A DNA stretch of 63,585 nt, counting the filler. It is 3 parts of 3 records of this genome, joined end to end, with 100 filler letters (N's around TTAATTAATTAA, not from the genome) between each part and the next. Parts side by side here need not be neighbours in the genome. Positions count along the whole stretch, not along the records: positions 21,476 to 49,552 come from SRR20825019_1460; positions 49,653 to 63,585 come from SRR20825019_1462; 1 more part is not named here. One strand, given 5' to 3'. The notes below the pieces were generated by a model that saw only the letters and a program-made list of their open reading frames with translations, was not told where the DNA came from and ran no database searches. The translations under genes were made by a program, and so were the position numbers. Positions within the stretch are counted from its first letter, which is position 1; each line of letters opens with the position of its first letter. Of this stretch, positions 43,293-53,907 are shown piece by piece.

Positions 43293-45728
43293 TCAGTGTC
43301 GTTTCTGAGGAGAGTTTACCTCATGATAACTGGATTTTTCACTGGCAATAACGCTTTCGGCTTCACCACTGGTCTCGGTACCGTGCGGCATATGTTGCAA
43401 TGCGACTTCCAGCACTTCCGTGATCCAGCGAACAGGTAATATTTTAAGTCCCTGCTTGACGTTGTCCGGAATTTCTCTGAGATCTTTGACGTTATCATGC
43501 GGGATCAACACCGTGTCGATGCCCCCCCGATGCGCAGCCAGCAGCTTCTCTTTGAGTCCGCCGATGGCCAATACTTCACCGCGTAATGTAATTTCACCGG
43601 TCATCGCCACATTGGATTTGACCGGAATGCCGGTAATCGCTGATACCAAGGCAGTGCACATTCCCACACCGGCACTGGGACCATCTTTCGGGGTCGCCCC
43701 TTCCGGCACGTGAACGTGCAAGTCATGGGTTTGCAGGAAGTCTTCGCTGATTCCCCACTCAGTTGATCGTGAACGGACAACGGTGGTTGCAGCCTGAATC
43801 GATTCCTGCATCACATCGCCCAGTTTACCGGTGTAAGCGGATTTGCCTTTACCCGGCATGACTGCCGATTCAATTGTCAGTAATTCACCACCGACTTCAG
43901 TCCAGGCAAGACCAGTGACCTGACCAATACGATCGCTTTCTTCAGCGACGCCATACTGGTAATGGTAAACACCGAGGTAATCTTCAATATTCTTGGCGGT
44001 TACGACCAGTTTATCTTTGCTTTTTTCCTGCAGAATCTGTTTGACCAGTTTACGGCAAATCTTGGAAATCTCACGCTCAAGACTACGAACCCCTGCCTCG
44101 CGGGTATAGCGACGGATGATTTCCATAATCGCGTCTTCAGTAATTTCTACTTCATCTGCTTTCAGACCATTCTGCTTTATTGCTTTTGGTAACAGGTACT
44201 TAATGGCAATATTTAATTTTTCATCTTCGGTGTAGCCCGCCAGACGAATAATTTCCATCCTGTCACGCAAGGCATCAGGAATATTCAGTGTGTTGGCTGT
44301 ACAGACGAACATCACATCGGATAAGTCATACTCGACTTCCAGATAGTGATCAGCAAACGTCGAGTTCTGTTCAGGGTCTAAAACCTCCAGCAGCGCTGAA
44401 GCCGGATCGCCTCGAAAATCCTGTGCCATCTTGTCGATTTCATCGAGCAGGAAAAGCGGATTTTTCACTTCTGTCTTACAGATATTCTGAATGACTTTAC
44501 CGGGCATGGAACCGATGTAGGTGCGGCGGTGACCACGAATTTCAGCCTCGTCACGTACCCCACCCAATGCCATCCGCGTATATTTACGGTTAGTGGCACG
44601 GGCAATCGATTGTGCGATTGATGTTTTACCCACACCGGGCGGGCCAACCAGGCAGAGAATTGGACCTTTAAGTTTCTTGACGCGTTTCTGAACGGCCAAA
44701 TACTCTAAAATACGCTCTTTGACCTTTTCCAGACCGTAATGATCTTCTTCCAGTACGGTTTCGGCTCGGTCCAGATCTAAAGTGACACGCGAGCGTTTTT
44801 TCCAGGGTACTTCCAGCAGTGATTCGATATAGTTACGAACCACGGTCGCTTCGGCTGACATGGAGGACATCATGCGCAGTTTTTTCAGCTCCGACTCAGC
44901 TTTTTCACGCGCTTCAGCGGGCATACCGGCTTTGTTGATCCTGGCTTCGAGTTCGTCCGTTTCATTTGCGGTTTCGTCAATTTCACCCAGCTCTTTCTGA
45001 ACGGCTTTAAGCTGTTCGTTCAGATAATATTCGCGCTGGCTTTTCTCCATTTGTTTCTTAACGCGATTACGAATGCGCTTCTCGATTTGTTGAATATCAA
45101 TTTCACCTTCGAGAAAGGCCATCAGCTTTTCAACACGCGCTTTGACGTCACTCATTTCCAACAGGCCCTGCTTGTCTTCAAGCTTCAGACTCATGTGGGC
45201 AGCGACGGTGTCTGCCATGCGTGAAATATCATCAATGCTGGACAGCGAGGCAATCACTTCCGGCGGGATCTTTTTATTGAGTTTGACGTATTGTTCAAAC
45301 TGACCCATCAGCGTGCGCATCAGCACATCTGATTCACGATCATCAGTCGTGTCATCGACAAACGCAGCGACTTCGGCTTCCAGGTATTCAGTGTTTTTGT
45401 TGAAATAGGCCACTTTGGCGCGCTGTGTACCTTCAACCAGCACTTTGACTGTGCCATCAGGCAGTTTCAGTAACTGCAGGATATTGGCAAGTGTTCCCGT
45501 TTCGTACAGACCATCAGATTCCGGTGCATCTTCAGATGAGTCTTTCTGGGCCAGCAGCAAGACCTGCTTATTCTCATCAGTCGCGACTTCCAGAGCCTTG
45601 ATGGATTTATCCCTGCCGACAAACAGCGGAATAACCATATACGGATAGACAACAACATCACGCAACGGCAACACAGGCACGACTTTCATGCTGTTATCGT
45701 TGGTAGTGGTTTTTACTTCATTTTCCAT
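43293..45728 (-). CDS. lon: Lon ATP-dependent protease
   Basis: PVLPLRDVVVYP, GPPGVGKTS, PKDGPSAG; ATG 45728 preferred over the upstream GTG. Confidence 0.97.
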   Translation of the reverse strand: MENEVKTTTNDNSMKVVPVLPLRDVVVYPYMVIPLFVGRDKSIKALEVATDENKQVLLLAQKDSSEDAPESDGLYETGTLANILQLLKLPDGTVKVLVEGTQRAKVAYFNKNTEYLEAEVAAFVDDTTDDRESDVLMRTLMGQFEQYVKLNKKIPPEVIASLSSIDDISRMADTVAAHMSLKLEDKQGLLEMSDVKARVEKLMAFLEGEIDIQQIEKRIRNRVKKQMEKSQREYYLNEQLKAVQKELGEIDETANETDELEARINKAGMPAEAREKAESELKKLRMMSSMSAEATVVRNYIESLLEVPWKKRSRVTLDLDRAETVLEEDHYGLEKVKERILEYLAVQKRVKKLKGPILCLVGPPGVGKTSIAQSIARATNRKYTRMALGGVRDEAEIRGHRRTYIGSMPGKVIQNICKTEVKNPLFLLDEIDKMAQDFRGDPASALLEVLDPEQNSTFADHYLEVEYDLSDVMFVCTANTLNIPDALRDRMEIIRLAGYTEDEKLNIAIKYLLPKAIKQNGLKADEVEITEDAIMEIIRRYTREAGVRSLEREISKICRKLVKQILQEKSKDKLVVTAKNIEDYLGVYHYQYGVAEESDRIGQVTGLAWTEVGGELLTIESAVMPGKGKSAYTGKLGDVMQESIQAATTVVRSRSTEWGISEDFLQTHDLHVHVPEGATPKDGPSAGVGMCTALVSAITGIPVKSNVAMTGEITLRGEVLAIGGLKEKLLAAHRGGIDTVLIPHDNVKDLREIPDNVKQGLKILPVRWITEVLEVALQHMPHGTETSGEAESVIASEKSSYHEVNSPQKRH

Positions 45729-45778
45729 TAGGGAACCTCTTACAAGTGCCAGTGGCACTCAAATCAAACATGGTTTCA

Positions 45779-45806
45779 ATATGGGGACAGTCATTCGGAT
45801 ATCAAG
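45779..45806 (-). promoter_or_regulatory. Sigma-32 (RpoH) heat-shock promoter of lon
   Basis: Minus strand CTTGATA-13 nt-CCCCATAT, matching the CTTGAAA-N13/14-CCCCATNT consensus. Confidence 0.8.
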
Positions 45807-45979
45807 CGTTGAGTTGTATTATTTACTCAATTAACTGAGGCCGGTCGACCTGTTTCCATACTTGCAGTTAGATGTATTTTGCAAGCTACCCGACAGCTGT
45901 TCGGGCCTATTAATCAGAAGTTGAACAAAACTGTGCGAATAACAGATCAGATGAGATGACAAAGGCGGGTTTCACCCTA

Positions 45980-46010
45980 CCCTGATGGCAGTTTGCCACT
46001 GCCATCAGGG
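45980..46010. terminator. Perfect 13-bp stem-loop downstream of clpX
   Basis: CCCTGATGGCAGT-TTGCC-ACTGCCATCAGGG; no U-tract. Confidence 0.55.
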
Positions 46011-46063
46011 AGAATGAGTATGCAACAGTTCAGAGAATTGTTGCTGCAGATTGTTAAAGGAGC

Positions 46064-47335
46064 TTATTTATCACCGGATGCCATATCTGCACTCTGATCT
46101 TCGTACATCAGAATGGGCGGATTTTCGCCGGCAATGACACTCTCATCAATAACCACTTTTGAGACATTGTCCAGTGATGGCAAATCAAACATGGTGTCGA
46201 GCAGTATATTTTCGATGATGGAGCGTAAGCCACGGGCACCGGTTTTACGTTCCATCGCCTTACGGGCGATAGCGCGCAACGCATCGTCACGAAACTCCAG
46301 TTCAGCACCTTCCATTTCGAACAGTCTGCTGTACTGTTTGGTTAATGCGTTTTTGGGTGCGGTCAGAATCTCAATCAGCGCATCTTCATCCAACTCGTCC
46401 AGCGTTGCGACAACCGGCAGACGGCCGACAAACTCAGGGATCAGGCCGTATTGAATCAGATCTTCCGGCTCGACCGAGCGCAGGGCTTCACTCAACGGAC
46501 GCTGATCATCCAGGCTCTTCACTTCAGCAGAGAAGCCTATACCGCCTTTATGGGTACGATTGCGGATGACTTTATCAAGACCGGCAAAGGCACCACCGCA
46601 GATAAACAGGATTTTGCTGGTATCCACCTGCAGGAATTCCTGTTGTGGATGTTTACGGCCACCTTGTGGTGGTACCGAAGCGATAGTCCCTTCGATAAGT
46701 TTCAGCAGCGCTTGCTGTACACCTTCACCACTGACATCACGCGTGATGGACGGGTTATCAGACTTGCGCGAAATCTTGTCGATTTCATCAATGTAAACAA
46801 TACCGGTTTCGGCTTTGTCGACATCGTAATCACATTTCTGCAACAACTTCTGAATGATATTTTCGACATCTTCACCCACATACCCGGCTTCGGTCAGCGT
46901 GGTAGCATCCGCCATGGTAAACGGCACATTAAGCTGTCTTGCCAGGGTTTCGGCCAGCAGTGTCTTGCCGCTACCGGTAGGGCCAATCAGCAGGATATTA
47001 CTTTTCGACAACTCAACATCGTTGTCTTTGTGACCGCTGCGCAGTCGTTTGTAGTGGTTGTAAACCGCCACAGACAGGTAGCGCTTGGCTTTTTCCTGGC
47101 CAATGACGTAGTTGTCGAGTGCTGAATTAATCTCGCGCGGCGTCGGCAGTTTGGTCTCTGCTTCATCAGCAGACATTTCCTGCATTTCCTCACGGATAAT
47201 GTCATTGCAGAGATCGACGCACTCGTCGCAGACAAATACTGATGGCCCGGCAATCAGTTTTTTGACTTCATGCTGACTCTTACCGCAAAAAGAGCAATAC
47301 AGTAATTTGTCGTCGTTGTTCTTGTCGTCGCTCAT
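46064..47335 (-). CDS. clpX: ClpX ATPase
   Basis: CSFCGK zinc finger, [11 protein letters not shown] loop. Confidence 0.97.
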   Translation of the reverse strand: MSDDKNNDDKLLYCSFCGKSQHEVKKLIAGPSVFVCDECVDLCNDIIREEMQEMSADEAETKLPTPREINSALDNYVIGQEKAKRYLSVAVYNHYKRLRSGHKDNDVELSKSNILLIGPTGSGKTLLAETLARQLNVPFTMADATTLTEAGYVGEDVENIIQKLLQKCDYDVDKAETGIVYIDEIDKISRKSDNPSITRDVSGEGVQQALLKLIEGTIASVPPQGGRKHPQQEFLQVDTSKILFICGGAFAGLDKVIRNRTHKGGIGFSAEVKSLDDQRPLSEALRSVEPEDLIQYGLIPEFVGRLPVVATLDELDEDALIEILTAPKNALTKQYSRLFEMEGAELEFRDDALRAIARKAMERKTGARGLRSIIENILLDTMFDLPSLDNVSKVVIDESVIAGENPPILMYEDQSADMASGDK

Positions 47336-47381
47336 AGCCTTACTACCTTACACATCTAGTTCTAAAACCTTTATCGGCGCT

Positions 47382-48020
47382 TCAAGCCGTTTCTGCAGGA
47401 CGATTAGTCAGTACAGAATCAATTAAACCATATTCCACGGCTTCATCGCCATTCATGAACTTATCCCGGTCGGTATCATTACGGATGGTTTCAATATCTT
47501 GACCAGTGTGATGAGCCAAAATTCCATTCAGGCGTTCACGGATACCCAGGATTTCCTTGGCATGGATGTCAATATCAGAAGCCTGACCCTGGAAACCACC
47601 CAGTGGTTGGTGAACCATAACCCGGGAGTTGGGCAGACAATAGCGTTTGCCTTGCGCACCGCCTGCCAGCAGAACTGCGCCCATACTGGCGGCCTGGCCG
47701 ATACACAGGGTACTGACGTGCGGTTTGATAAACTGCATGGTGTCATAAATGGCCATGCCGGCAGTAACGGCACCACCCGGTGAATTGATATAAAGATGAA
47801 TGTCTTTGTCCGGATTCTCAGACTCCAGAAACAGCAACTGAGCAACAACCAGATTGGCCATCTGATCTTCAACCGGTCCCACCAGAAAAATCACACGCTC
47901 TTTCAGCAGGCGTGAATAGATATCATAAGAACGTTCACCCCGTGCTGTCTGTTCGACAACAATGGGAACCAGTGCGTTTTGTATACCTGGGAATTCTTCG
48001 TTAGAGAATTTGTTTGTCAT
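47382..48020 (-). CDS. clpP: ClpP protease
   Basis: [15 protein letters not shown]. Confidence 0.97.
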   Translation of the reverse strand: MTNKFSNEEFPGIQNALVPIVVEQTARGERSYDIYSRLLKERVIFLVGPVEDQMANLVVAQLLFLESENPDKDIHLYINSPGGAVTAGMAIYDTMQFIKPHVSTLCIGQAASMGAVLLAGGAQGKRYCLPNSRVMVHQPLGGFQGQASDIDIHAKEILGIRERLNGILAHHTGQDIETIRNDTDRDKFMNGDEAVEYGLIDSVLTNRPAETA

Positions 48021-48044
48021 AACCGTCCTATTTTCCGGATCCTA

Positions 48045-48086
48045 ATAAAAAATCAGCCCGTGCCCAACAAATATGAGCACGGGCTG
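48045..48086 (-). terminator. Rho-independent terminator after tig
   Basis: CAGCCCGTGC..GCACGGGCTG stem followed by ATTTTTT on the minus strand. Confidence 0.75.
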
Positions 48087-48108
48087 CATTCCAGATCAGC
48101 GTCGTCAA

Positions 48109-49410
48109 TTAGTTAGATACAGCGTTAACGACGTCTGAGAATGTTGATGTACTCTCTTCTACTTTAACATGGTCGAAAATCCATTCAACAACCATATCTT
48201 CTACCACGGTCATTTGGATTTCTGACAGTCTTTCCTGGTTGTTCATGTAGTAGTTAACAACCTCTTCCGGATCTTCGTAGCTGGCAGCAATATTATCAAT
48301 AGCTTGCTTAACACGATCTTCATCCGGCTTGATTTCGTTGTCTGAAATAATCTTACCAAGCAGCAGGCTGAGCTTAACGCGATTTTCTGCATTGGGTTTG
48401 AAGTTTTCCAGATCAAAGGGAATACCTTCGACGTTGACGCCCTGGCTACGGAGATTATTTTTTGCCTGCTCGGCCAGATACTGCGCTTCACGTTCAACTG
48501 GTGCTTCCGGCAGGGCCAGTTCGTTTTTCTCGGCCAGCATGTCCATAGCGCGACGTTTGTTCAGGGTTTTCAGTGCAGAAGTCAGTTCGCGTTCCATATT
48601 GGCCCGGACTTCTTTCTTCAGTGCTGCAATCCCTTCTTCAACACCACACATGGCGGCGAACTCTTTATCGAGCTTAGGCAATTTTTTCTTGGCAACCTGT
48701 TTGACTGTGACATCAAACTTGGCTGTCTTACCCTGCAAATGCTCTGCACGGTAGTCTTCAGGAAAAGTCATGGTGACTTCCACTTCCTGATCGGCTTTTT
48801 TACCAATCAGTTGTTCTTCGAATTCCGGCAGCATTCTGCCTTCACCCAGTTCGATCAGTACATCCTGACCTTTACCGCCCTGGAATTCTTCCCCATCGAT
48901 GGTACCAACGAAATCAATGGTGACACCGTCGCCTTCTTTAGCACCGCGCTTCAGGGGGTCCCAGCTCATGCGTTGTTCACGCAGCGTTTCAATCATTTTA
49001 TCAACGTCTTCATCGGTGACTTCGGCCACTGTTTTTTCCAGTGTCAGGTCATCCAGTTTGATGGCGTCAACTTCAGGGAAGACTTCGTAGTTGAGGGTAT
49101 AGATGAATTTTTCGCCCTCTTCATCCATGCTGTCGATATGAGGTGGGCCGGCAGGGTTGATGCCTTCCTGAGTGAAAGCTTCACGCATGCTTTCCTGTAC
49201 CAGTGAATCGATGACATCACGTCTGGCAGCAGGACCATGAGAACGTGCCACCATATTCATCGGCACTTTACCAGGGCGGAAACCAGCCATCTTGACATTA
49301 GGTCTGATTGACTTGAGACGCTCCTGTACTGCTTTTTCGATATTGGCATCTTCGACTGTCACCGTCATCCGGCGGCCGAGTTCGCTCACATTTTCTACAG
49401 TAACTTGCAT
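48109..49410 (-). CDS. tig: Trigger factor
   Basis: GFRPGKVP, FKBP domain IDFVG..FQGG..FPEDY. Confidence 0.96.
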   Translation of the reverse strand: MQVTVENVSELGRRMTVTVEDANIEKAVQERLKSIRPNVKMAGFRPGKVPMNMVARSHGPAARRDVIDSLVQESMREAFTQEGINPAGPPHIDSMDEEGEKFIYTLNYEVFPEVDAIKLDDLTLEKTVAEVTDEDVDKMIETLREQRMSWDPLKRGAKEGDGVTIDFVGTIDGEEFQGGKGQDVLIELGEGRMLPEFEEQLIGKKADQEVEVTMTFPEDYRAEHLQGKTAKFDVTVKQVAKKKLPKLDKEFAAMCGVEEGIAALKKEVRANMERELTSALKTLNKRRAMDMLAEKNELALPEAPVEREAQYLAEQAKNNLRSQGVNVEGIPFDLENFKPNAENRVKLSLLLGKIISDNEIKPDEDRVKQAIDNIAASYEDPEEVVNYYMNNQERLSEIQMTVVEDMVVEWIFDHVKVEESTSTFSDVVNAVSN

Positions 49411-49471
49411 TATCTACCTCAAACATGGGGTGAAGACATGAATGGCGTTCACCATCTGCCTCATTGTTATT

Positions 49472-49552
<81 letters not shown>

Positions 49553-49652
49553 NNNNNNNNNNNNNNNNNNNNNNNNNNNNNNNNNNNNNNNNNNNNTTAA
49601 TTAATTAANNNNNNNNNNNNNNNNNNNNNNNNNNNNNNNNNNNNNNNNNNNN
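49553..49652. other. Artificial contig linker
   Basis: N-run with TTAATTAATTAA at 49597-49608. Confidence 0.98.
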
Positions 49653-49682
49653 CGACGTCCTAGACCGCTAGACGAAGGGACC
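49653..49682 (-). tRNA. 5' fragment of a tRNA, probably tRNA-Glu (truncated before the anticodon)
   Basis: Minus strand GGTCCCT-TC-GTCTAGCGGTCTAGGAC-GTCG matches the tRNA-Glu acceptor/D-arm pattern. Confidence 0.7.
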
Positions 49683-49758
49683 GCATATCAATCTCCGATG
49701 CGACGGGGGCCTAGATACCGGGGTGCAGCACCCCGGTCAACACCTTTTTGCATTTTTC

Positions 49759-51564
49759 TTACGGCGCACCAACGAGCGCCACGTCCTCCAGCGTCATTTC
49801 CACTTTACCGGCCCCGGCCCAGGTATCTTTCTTGAGCTTTCCCGCCACATGGAAGCGCCTGCCAATACCTGTGCGCAAAAGCTCTCCCAACGGTTCTTCC
49901 CATTGCCGAAACGCCATGGCCTTGATGGACTTGCCGTCCTTCGATTTGAAGATACAGCGCAGATGATTCTGCCCCACAAGGTCGGCCTTGATGAGGTCTA
50001 CATCAGGGATGACAAAGTTCGGTGTCGGGTTGCCCGCACCAAAGGGGCCAACGGCATCGATCTGGTCGACAAGCTCTGCCGTCGCGCCCGAAAGGCTCAC
50101 CACTCCGTCGATCTTCAGCGCCCGGTTTGACGACGCCTTGGCCACGGCCTTGCCCATAAAGCCTTTCAAAAATGCGGTAAAAGCCTCGATTTTGTCTGGT
50201 GCCATTGTGAGCCCCGCCGCCATGGCGTGCCCGCCGCCTTTGATCAGCAAGCCTTTCTGCACCGCCTCGATCACTGCCGCGCCCATATCAACACCGCTGA
50301 TGGACCGGCCTGAGCCTTTCGCTTCACCGTTCTCAATCGCGATCACAAAACTTGGCAGGCCGTATTTGTCCTTAAGCCGTGAAGCCACGATGCCGATAAC
50401 GCCTGCATGCCAGCCCTCGCCCGCTGCCACCACGACCGTATCCGGGCTGCCTGCCGCACCAACGGCGCGCTCAACCTGCGCCAGGGCTTCGGTCTGGACC
50501 TCGGCTTCGATCGCGCGGCGTTCTTCGTTATAGCGGTCCAGCTTTTCAGCAATAGCGCGCGCTTCAACAATGTCATTGGTGGTCAGAAGCTGGGCACCAA
50601 GGTAGCTCTCGCCCACCCGGCCGCCTGCGTTCACCCGCGGGCCCAGAATAAAGCCAGCGTGATAGCATGTCGGCTGCTCAGATACCCGGCCCACATCGGC
50701 CAAGGCCACAAGCCCCGGCGTGCGCCGCTGTGCCATCACCTTGAGGCCTTGCGCCACAAGTGCACGGTTCGCACCCACAAGCGGCACCACATCACACACA
50801 GTGCCCAGCGCCACAATATCAAGAAGCCCCAGCAGGTTGGGCTCACGCCGCTCCCCCGTAAACCACCCGGCTTCACGCAGCGCACGGTTCATGGCCACCG
50901 CCAGCAGGAAGGCCACGCCAACAGCTGCCAGCTGCCCCTGCCCGCTTTCGTCATCAAGCCGGTTCGGGTTCACCACGGCCACGGCTTCCGGCAGCTCTGC
51001 CTCAGCCTTGTGGTGGTCCACCACAATCACATCGATCCCCGCCGCTTTTGCGGCCTTCAGCGGCTCAAAAGATAGCGTACCGCAGTCAACGGTCACAATA
51101 AGCTTTACGCCAGCCTCACCAAGCCCTAGTAGCGCGGGTACGTTGGGCCCGTACCCTTCCACCATACGGTCAGGGATATAAATACGAACCTTGGCGCCCA
51201 GTGCTGTCAGATAGCGGTAGAGCACGGCACTTGAAGTGGCACCGTCCACGTCATAATCACCAAAAATGGCGATCTCTTCACCGTGTTGCAGCGCAGCCGC
51301 AAGCCGTGTGACGGCTTTGTCCATATCCAAGATGGTAGACGGATCAGGCAGGCTTTCCTTCAGGGAAGGCGCAAAAAACTCTGGCGCTTCATCCAGGCCG
51401 ATACCCCGGCCTGCAATAAGCTGGCCCACGACCATGGGCACACCAAGCTTTTCAGCAATAGCTTCAGCGATACGCGGCACCCCGCCCCGCATCATCCAAG
51501 CCTGCCCCAAAGCAGAACGGCGGACCCCGAGAAGAGGTTCCGCCGTACCAGTATTCTCAATCAT
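49759..51564 (-). CDS. recJ: ssDNA exonuclease RecJ
   Basis: GDYDVDG, TVDCG, DHH, GSGRS, GGGHAMAAG; exact start uncertain. Confidence 0.95.
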   Translation of the reverse strand: MIENTGTAEPLLGVRRSALGQAWMMRGGVPRIAEAIAEKLGVPMVVGQLIAGRGIGLDEAPEFFAPSLKESLPDPSTILDMDKAVTRLAAALQHGEEIAIFGDYDVDGATSSAVLYRYLTALGAKVRIYIPDRMVEGYGPNVPALLGLGEAGVKLIVTVDCGTLSFEPLKAAKAAGIDVIVVDHHKAEAELPEAVAVVNPNRLDDESGQGQLAAVGVAFLLAVAMNRALREAGWFTGERREPNLLGLLDIVALGTVCDVVPLVGANRALVAQGLKVMAQRRTPGLVALADVGRVSEQPTCYHAGFILGPRVNAGGRVGESYLGAQLLTTNDIVEARAIAEKLDRYNEERRAIEAEVQTEALAQVERAVGAAGSPDTVVVAAGEGWHAGVIGIVASRLKDKYGLPSFVIAIENGEAKGSGRSISGVDMGAAVIEAVQKGLLIKGGGHAMAAGLTMAPDKIEAFTAFLKGFMGKAVAKASSNRALKIDGVVSLSGATAELVDQIDAVGPFGAGNPTPNFVIPDVDLIKADLVGQNHLRCIFKSKDGKSIKAMAFRQWEEPLGELLRTGIGRRFHVAGKLKKDTWAGAGKVEMTLEDVALVGAP

Positions 51565-51583
51565 TTGCGTCAAGGCGTGGCCC

Positions 51584-52546
51584 TTATTGCCGACCGTCCA
51601 GCCCATGGGTTGCCTGAACGCGGCGAATTGTCTTGGTTTTTGACCGCATGGTGATGGTGTCGGTAGTGTAACCCGCCGCAGTACGGTGCACGCCCTTGAG
51701 CATGGAACCGTCCGTTACACCGGTCGCAGCAAAGATCACATCGCCGGAGGCCATGTCTTCCATGGCGTATTTGCGGTTCAGGTCCTCAATGCCCCATTTG
51801 GCAGCACGAGCGCGTTCATCGTCGTTGCGGAACAACAGACGGCCTTGCATCTGGCCACCAATGCAGCGAAGCGCCGCAGCAGCCAGAACACCTTCCGGCG
51901 CGCCGCCTGACCCCATGTAAAGGTCAATGCCCGTCGCTTCATCGGTGGTTGCGATCACGCCGGCAACGTCACCGTCACCAATAAGCGCAACACCGCAGCC
52001 AAGCGCGCGCAGCTCTTTAATCAGAGCTGCATGGCGTGGGCGGTCAAGCACACAAACAGTTATTTCATCGATGGGCCTGCCTTTGGCTTCAGCCACCGCA
52101 CGAACATTGTCAGACGGGCTTTTATCCAGATCAATCACACCTTGTGGCAAACCACCGCCAACGGCGATCTTGTCCATATACACGTCCGGCGCGTTAAGAA
52201 GGCCGCCTTCAGCAGAGATAGCAAGAACCGCAAGCGCGTTTGGCATTGCCTTCGCGCAGATTGTGGTGCCCTCAAGCGGGTCCAGCGCGATATCAACCTT
52301 TGGGCCACCCGCGCCGACTTTTTCACCAATGTAAAGCATTGGCGCTTCGTCGCGCTCGCCCTCACCAATCACGACGGTACCGTCGATTGGTAGTATATTG
52401 AAAGCCTTGCGCATGGCCTCAACGGCAGCGGCGTCAGCCGCCTTTTCATCGCCGCGACCAGTCCACTTGCTCGCAGCAATAGCGCCTGCTTCGGTCACGC
52501 GAACCACCTCGAGAACCAAGATGCGGTTCAGATCCTGTGACGACAT
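51584..52546 (-). CDS. glpX: Fructose-1,6-bisphosphatase class II
   Basis: VIGEGERDEAPML, DPLEGT, GGAPEGV. Confidence 0.96.
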   Translation of the reverse strand: MSSQDLNRILVLEVVRVTEAGAIAASKWTGRGDEKAADAAAVEAMRKAFNILPIDGTVVIGEGERDEAPMLYIGEKVGAGGPKVDIALDPLEGTTICAKAMPNALAVLAISAEGGLLNAPDVYMDKIAVGGGLPQGVIDLDKSPSDNVRAVAEAKGRPIDEITVCVLDRPRHAALIKELRALGCGVALIGDGDVAGVIATTDEATGIDLYMGSGGAPEGVLAAAALRCIGGQMQGRLLFRNDDERARAAKWGIEDLNRKYAMEDMASGDVIFAATGVTDGSMLKGVHRTAAGYTTDTITMRSKTKTIRRVQATHGLDGRQ

Positions 52547-52562
52547 AAGATAGTTCCCCTTG

Positions 52563-53867
52563 TTAAGCTTCTATTCTTAGCATTGCCGGGGTCTCTAGCA
52601 CACATTCCAGTTCAGTGAAACGCTCAAGTGCCGATGCAACAGAAGCTTCAACAACCTCGTGGGTTGTCATGATGATATATACACCACCATCGGATGCACG
52701 ACCACGCTGCAGCATGCTCTCAATGGAGACCTGCTCTTCGGCCAAAATCTTGGTGATATCGGCCATCACGCCGTGGCGGTCTTCAACCCGAAGGCGTAAA
52801 TAATAGGTGCCGCGATGCTTGGATACAGGCACAGGCGTCGCGACAGCAAGGTCACCCGCCGGGATACCAAGCCGAGGGCCGCCCTGCCCTCGCGCCACGT
52901 CAATAATATCAGCCATGACGGCAGATGCCGTTGGGCCTTCACCTGCGCCAGGGCCTTCATAAACTGTTTGGCCCACAAAATCGCCCTGCACAACCACGGC
53001 ATTGATGGCGTCCATCACATTCGCGAGTGGCGCCGAAATTGGCACCATTGCAGGGTGCACGCGGGTTTCAATGCCCTCGCTCGTTTGTTGCACCACACCT
53101 AGAAGCTTGATCCGATAACCCAGCTCTTTTGCGTATTCGATATCAACTGGCGCGATATTGCGGATGCCTTCGGTTGGCAAATGCTCGATATCGGGTTCCG
53201 TACCAAACGCAAGCGCGGCCAGAATGGCAGTTTTATGCGCTGTATCGATACCGTCGATATCAAAGGTTGGGTCTGCTTCCGCATACCCCAGCTGTTGTGC
53301 GTCCTTAAGCACTACATCAAAGTCGAGGCCCTCACGCTCCATACGGGTGAGGATATAGTTGCAGGTGCCATTAAGAATACCGCGTACGCTTGTGACACCG
53401 TTACCGGCCAAGCCTTCCCTCAGCGCCTTGATGATCGGGATACCACCAGCAACCGCTGCTTCAAAGCGGAGGTCTGCGCCAGTTTTCTCAGCCAAGGCAG
53501 CCAGTTCTTTACCGTGCGTGGCAATAAGCGCCTTATTGGCAGTGACAAGGCTGATGCCGTTACCGAGTGCTTCACGGGCAAGGGCAAGCGCCGGGCCGTC
53601 AGACCCGCCAATAAGCTCAACAATGACGTTGATGCCGGTGTCGCTTGCAGCCATATCAACAGCGTTATCGAACCATGTGTAGGACGAGAGGTCCACGCCC
53701 CGGTCACGGCTTCTATCCCGCGCGGAAACACCACCAATCGTGATACTGCGGCCTGAACGCGCAGCCAAAAGGCCTGCGTGTTTTTCAAGGATTTTGATGA
53801 CACCGCCACCAACGGTGCCAAGCCCCGCAATACCAAGGACAATGTCCTGCCCGTCCGTCAAACGCAT
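52563..53867 (-). CDS. hom: Homoserine dehydrogenase with C-terminal ACT domain
   Basis: GLGTVGGG, VTANKA, EAAVAGGIP, GYAEADP; ATG 53867 with GGAG RBS. Confidence 0.95.
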   Translation of the reverse strand: MRLTDGQDIVLGIAGLGTVGGGVIKILEKHAGLLAARSGRSITIGGVSARDRSRDRGVDLSSYTWFDNAVDMAASDTGINVIVELIGGSDGPALALAREALGNGISLVTANKALIATHGKELAALAEKTGADLRFEAAVAGGIPIIKALREGLAGNGVTSVRGILNGTCNYILTRMEREGLDFDVVLKDAQQLGYAEADPTFDIDGIDTAHKTAILAALAFGTEPDIEHLPTEGIRNIAPVDIEYAKELGYRIKLLGVVQQTSEGIETRVHPAMVPISAPLANVMDAINAVVVQGDFVGQTVYEGPGAGEGPTASAVMADIIDVARGQGGPRLGIPAGDLAVATPVPVSKHRGTYYLRLRVEDRHGVMADITKILAEEQVSIESMLQRGRASDGGVYIIMTTHEVVEASVASALERFTELECVLETPAMLRIEA

Positions 53868-53907
53868 ACTTATCTCCACTCTTGCGCACACCCGTGTGCG
53901 CGAACCA

